NCBI RefSeq assembly: GCF_904830925.1
Contig: NZ_LR882967.1
Span: 3,682,106-3,746,105 of the forward strand
Direction of reading: 5' to 3'
DNA from: Planktothrix pseudagardhii
Lineage (GTDB): Bacteria > Cyanobacteriota > Cyanobacteriia > Cyanobacteriales > Microcoleaceae
Length of the DNA: 64,000 nt
Shown here piece after piece: positions 59,668-64,000 of the stretch (its first letter is position 1; every line of letters starts with the position of its first letter). The notes under the pieces are model-generated. The model saw only the letters and a program-made list of their open reading frames with translations. It was not told the DNA's origin and did no database searches. The position numbers were made by a program, and so were the translations under genes.

Positions 59668-60906
59668 TCAATTCCCTCAAAACTGAGTCATATTGAAGGC
59701 ACCTACGTTGCGTGTACCTCGCAATATTGACGTGATTAGTAAATCTATTAATGCGAATTGTCGCCCTTTAGGAAGACTAAAAACTGAAGACAGGAAGCCG
59801 GAGGAAATTAGGTGAGTGATTGTTTAAAAATAACAGTTAATACCTAACCTAATCCCATCGCAAAAATCCATCAACCGTCAGCCTTAAACCGTTATGGGCA
59901 ACTGAAATGAAAGCAGGTTATTTGTTATCCGTTAGCCTTCATCATTTTCTGTCTAAAACGATACTTGGGTTTGACAGGGGTTTCCCTCTTGACAGACTCA
60001 GCACACCGTATCCGCCTTCTCAAAAGTTTTTTAGAGCGTACAGCTTAGATCGCACGGTCTAAGCTACACAATATCCCCTAATCCTCACTGAACTGGACTT
60101 AAACCTAGGCCCTTCAGGTAAGTTTGTTTTGTTCTGGTCTTAAGACATATACCAGAGAAAGTTTTATTGTCAAATACTGGCACAAACAGATGCCACATTG
60201 CAAATCAAATGAATTGAATTTGAGCTACTGCAACCCTAGGATAATTTTGGATATTGACCCAATTTTTTCCTGTATTAAGATCCTTCTCAGTCGGTATTCC
60301 CATCAAAGATGATTCTCTACAGGCTTAACCTTGGAACAACCTTCCCCCTAGTTCTATTCAAGAAAGCGAATGTTCCCACACGAGACTCCGCTACTTTCTT
60401 CCTGATTTCCCTAACTTTCAGCAACATTAAGGTTTCTGGATTTCTCAACCGCCCAAGGGACAGGTACGCTACTCCTAAAAGTAGGTTGGGGTTTCAAAGC
60501 TCAACCTTTCTAAACCCTTGATTCTTGACTATCTATTGATTATCAATTGACAAAGAGTTGTCCAATGTTTTCCCATCCTTTCTAAATGAGGATCGGGTTT
60601 TATACAACTGTCGTCAGCCATCAAGGTGACTTTGGCGTAAGTCGATAACCCTTCGGTCTACTTCTTCCTCAGCGTTGAGAGATAGCAGTAGCTTTTGTTC
60701 AATGAACACTTTTGATTGAGTTTATTTTAGCGTCAGCCTGCATTTTTTGATTCTGACAACCCTAGCTGAATCCAGGTGGGTTTAGCAATATTGTCGGTTT
60801 GTAGCCTAGATCTGGACGAACCCGCCTCTACGCCACAAAACTTGGCTTACCGAATTGTATTATAACACTGGATAAAATGCAAATTTTCTCAGTCCGTAGA
60901 ACTTTG

Positions 60907-63579
60907 TTAGTCGTGGGTTAAAAGCTGCTGACGGTGGATGTGCAACAATTGAAACTCTTGGTGAGTCACTTGTTCTAACATCTCAATAATATGTTCCGGT
61001 CGCAGTTGTGTCCCATCATTGAGACAAGTTCCGACATAACGCAGCACTGTCCCTTCGGGGGAAATTATGTCTAGTTCCTGTAATTGTTCTCGTAAATTGA
61101 TTAATTTCTTTTTCCCTGATTTTGTGGTTTTTTCCCATAGAATTTCTGATGTAGATTTAACACTATTAATCCACTCTAACCATTGGGGTGAATTTCCGGT
61201 TTCGGATTTCCACTGCACGGTTAAATGATATTCTGCTTGTTTAACAACATCCGTTAAGGAAGGAGCATTGACCGGAATATCTTGGATAGAATATAAGGGT
61301 ATTGTTTCGGGTAAACCCTCGGCTAATTTTTGGCGAAATTCTTCTAAATCAATAAATTCTGTTAATTCAAAATCAACAATTTCTCCGCTACTGGTTGCCC
61401 CTAATGGTAAGGCATAAGCAATAGAAATTCGCGGACTAGGGCGATATCCTGCGGTAAAAGCCAGGGGAAGTGAAGCACGACGAACCGCCCGATCTAATAA
61501 TTTTAATAAATCCAAATGTCCGACTAAAGCCATATCCCCTAATTTTCCAAACCAAACTCTTAACCGTTGGACTTTTTGAGAATTGGGAATAAATTCACCA
61601 GAAAATTTAGGAATAGCTGGAGGTTCTATGACAATATTATGACCAAAATCAGTTCCACAAACGCCACAATGGGAACAACTCTCAAAAGAACAATCAGGAA
61701 CAGTCGCCGCTTCTAACGCCCGTTTTAAATCTGCTTTTAACCAATCTTTTTCAATCCCACTATTAATATGATCCCAAGGTAACGGCTGATCTAATAAAGT
61801 TTGATCCATCTGTAGAGACGCGCCATGGCGCGTCTCTACGGGGTTTTCATGGGTTTCTACAGATTGGATTAAACTCCATTCTCCGCTTTCAACTTGACGA
61901 TATTTCCAACTTAAACCCGCTTCTTCTATCGCTTGTGTCCAAGCACCAAACGCCCGATCTAAACTTTCCCACCAGGAGTCCATTCCCGCGCCGAGTTCCC
62001 AAGCTCTACGAACAACTGATCCTAAACGGCGATCGCCTCGACCGACAAAATCCTCCATTGCTGATATTCTAACATCAGTAAAATTCGCTTTCACCCCTTT
62101 CATCCGGCGAAATTCATGCCTTAATAATTTTTGTTTCCGTTCAAATTCTGTGGTTGAAACGGAATGCCATTGAAACGGGGTGTGAGGTTTGGGGGTAAAG
62201 TTAGAAATCGTTAAATTAAAGCTTAATTTTCTGCGATCTTGAGCCGAACATTCTCGTTGTAACCAAGCAACGGTTTCGGCTATTCCTAATATATCGGCAT
62301 CGGTTTCTCCGGGTAAACCGATCATAAAATAGAGTTTAATTTTATCCCACCCTTGCTCAAAGGCGGTTTTAACTCCCTTTAATAATTCTTCATTAGTTAA
62401 CCCTTTATTAATAATATCTCGCATCCGTTGAGTTCCGGCTTCAGGCGCAAAGGTTAACCCACTTTGTCGAGTTCCCCCAATAATATTAGCAATATTTTCA
62501 TCAAAGCGATCCACCCGTTGACTCGGTAAAGCTAAATTAACATTGTAATCTTTGAGGCGGTTTTTAATTTCCATTCCCACCGAGGGTAAGGATAAATAAT
62601 CGGAACAACTCAAAGATAATAAAGAAAATTCATTGTAACCCGTTTCTTTCATGCCTTTTTCAACGGTTTGAATCACCGCTTCCGGTTCCACATCTCGCGC
62701 CGGACGGGTTAACATTCCGGGTTGACAAAAGCGACATCCCCTTGTACAACCCCGTCGAACTTCAATCACTAATCGATCATGAACTGTTTGGACATAGGGG
62801 ACAAATTTAATTGAATAAGCGGGCATTGGTGCCGCAACCCGTCTTAAAATTTGAGTTGGAACATCAGCCCGTAAGGGATGAACAGAACCATCTTCTGCCA
62901 TCTGATAAAATTGGGGAACATAGACCCCTGGAATTTGCGCTAAATCTAATAAAACTTCTTCTCGATTTAAGTTATTTTTATTGCCTTCTTCAATAATTAA
63001 TCCGATTTCGGGTAATAATTCTTCGCCATCTCCTAAAGCAATAAAATCAAAAAAATCAGCGTAGGGTTCAGGGTTAGAAGTTGCCGTTTGTCCTCCCGCA
63101 AAAATTAACGGATAATGGCGTTGAGTAGCTTCGTTTTCATTAGCCCAAACCGAATAATTTTGTCGCTCTTTCCAGGTTAAAGGAATTTCAGCCAAATCTA
63201 ACATTTCTAGGATATTGGTTGCCCCTAATTCGTAGCTGAGGCTAAATCCTAAGATATCAAAATCAATTAAAGAGCGACGGGACTCAACAGCAAATAGAGG
63301 GGTTTGGGTGTCGCGTAATTTTTTAGCAAAGTCCGGTGCCGGGAGATAGGCGCGATCGCATAATTGCCGAGGTTGAGTGTTTAAAATATTGTAGAGAATA
63401 ACATGGCCCAAATTAGAGACTCCCACCTCATAAACTTCAGGATAGGTCAACGACCAACGCACAATGGCGGACTCCCAAGGTTTGCGTTTCGCGCCTAACT
63501 CCTGACCCAAATAACGTGCAGGTTGGTGAATTTCCGGTGTAATCAGTTGTTCTACTGCGACTGCCAAAGTCAACCTCAC
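60907..63579 (-). CDS. fused B12-binding radical SAM (TIGR03960-like) + DUF2344 (TIGR03936-like) protein
   Basis: 890 aa; radical SAM motif CTRGCRFC; C-terminal ~230-aa domain that is a separate ORF in many bacteria. Confidence 0.75.
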   Translation of the reverse strand: MRLTLAVAVEQLITPEIHQPARYLGQELGAKRKPWESAIVRWSLTYPEVYEVGVSNLGHVILYNILNTQPRQLCDRAYLPAPDFAKKLRDTQTPLFAVESRRSLIDFDILGFSLSYELGATNILEMLDLAEIPLTWKERQNYSVWANENEATQRHYPLIFAGGQTATSNPEPYADFFDFIALGDGEELLPEIGLIIEEGNKNNLNREEVLLDLAQIPGVYVPQFYQMAEDGSVHPLRADVPTQILRRVAAPMPAYSIKFVPYVQTVHDRLVIEVRRGCTRGCRFCQPGMLTRPARDVEPEAVIQTVEKGMKETGYNEFSLLSLSCSDYLSLPSVGMEIKNRLKDYNVNLALPSQRVDRFDENIANIIGGTRQSGLTFAPEAGTQRMRDIINKGLTNEELLKGVKTAFEQGWDKIKLYFMIGLPGETDADILGIAETVAWLQRECSAQDRRKLSFNLTISNFTPKPHTPFQWHSVSTTEFERKQKLLRHEFRRMKGVKANFTDVRISAMEDFVGRGDRRLGSVVRRAWELGAGMDSWWESLDRAFGAWTQAIEEAGLSWKYRQVESGEWSLIQSVETHENPVETRHGASLQMDQTLLDQPLPWDHINSGIEKDWLKADLKRALEAATVPDCSFESCSHCGVCGTDFGHNIVIEPPAIPKFSGEFIPNSQKVQRLRVWFGKLGDMALVGHLDLLKLLDRAVRRASLPLAFTAGYRPSPRISIAYALPLGATSSGEIVDFELTEFIDLEEFRQKLAEGLPETIPLYSIQDIPVNAPSLTDVVKQAEYHLTVQWKSETGNSPQWLEWINSVKSTSEILWEKTTKSGKKKLINLREQLQELDIISPEGTVLRYVGTCLNDGTQLRPEHIIEMLEQVTHQEFQLLHIHRQQLLTHD
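61812..61839. repeat. 28-nt perfect palindrome GTAGAGACGCGCCATGGCGCGTCTCTAC inside the radical SAM CDS
   Basis: direct reading; translated in frame as VETRHGASLQ next to a duplicated VET tripeptide. Confidence 0.8.
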
Positions 63580-64000
63580 CTGTATAAAAGGACAATCTTT
63601 AAGGTTTTAATCGATAATTCTACTGGCTCATTGTAGCAGAAACTGAGGGGTTAACCTAGACCAGAAAGTATAAATGTTACCGAAATCAGGATGTTATTGT
63701 TTTCAGTAGGAGTTGTGATCAGACTGATTGGGTAATAAGACTAGGCTAGAGTACCGTTTTTCTTTTCCCGAAAAGAGTAACAATTAATACAGGAATTTCG
63801 AGCCTCAAGTGTCATAAAATAGTTGTTACCGAAACAAAAGACCGATTAATTTTTGAAGCTAGATTTTAAGTAAAATGTATCCAATGACACTAAAAAATAT
63901 TCCTTAAGAAGGATGGATTGGGGACAGAATAACTATCAATAAAGTTCCTGAAAATTAAGTGATAGGGATCACGCAGAATCAAAGGATGTGATCACAAGTC

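Noticed and set aside
60124-60521. ORFs 60124-60312(+) and 60309-60521(+) in the rne upstream region
   Set aside because: Short, no RBS, odd composition; the region is more likely noncoding (5'UTR or sRNA).
62811-62996. ORF 62811-62996(+) antisense to the radical SAM gene
   Set aside because: Embedded antisense ORF.
1-64000. HIP1 octamer GCGATCGC occurrences as individual features
   Set aside because: Very frequent genome-wide signature of cyanobacteria. It is informative for taxonomy but is not a discrete locus-specific feature.

Overview
This window is a chromosomal segment from what looks like a cyanobacterium. The evidence is its AT-rich composition, a very high frequency of the HIP1 octamer GCGATCGC, and arrays of STRR-like 7-nt tandem repeats in intergenic gaps. 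Recognisable cyanobacterial genes are cytochrome c6 and an RNase E whose C-terminus ends in an Arg-rich nonapeptide. Coding density is high, with about 55 supported coding sequences. Housekeeping genes include gatB, prfC, aqpZ, bcp, a cation-diffusion transporter, a SEDS cell-cycle protein, two B12-binding radical SAM proteins and rne. Accessory and mobile content includes an IS630-family insertion sequence that probably splits a glycosyltransferase gene, a complete group II intron with an RT/maturase/HNH protein, a Uma2 endonuclease, an MNT nucleotidyltransferase and a patatin-like phospholipase. Four things stand out. The first is a copper-responsive module: cytochrome c6, then a BlaI-family repressor and a BlaR1/M56 protease in PetR/PetP arrangement, with an almost identical 25-nt operator-like motif upstream of petJ and upstream of a neighbouring gene for a His-rich secreted protein. 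The second is a roughly 14-kb glycosylation/methylation island built around a type IV pilin gene: two TPR plus GT41 (OGT-like) enzymes, a 1279-aa methyltransferase–FkbM–glycosyltransferase fusion and a SAM methyltransferase, with a roughly 150-aa C-terminal domain shared by two proteins. The third is a roughly 300-bp dispersed repeat carrying a short Cys-rich ORF, present in two inverted copies. The fourth is an OmpR-type response regulator that carries HPt, two receiver domains and a degenerate GGDEF domain and is translationally coupled to an Sfp-type phosphopantetheinyl transferase. No rRNA, tRNA or CRISPR array was detected by eye.
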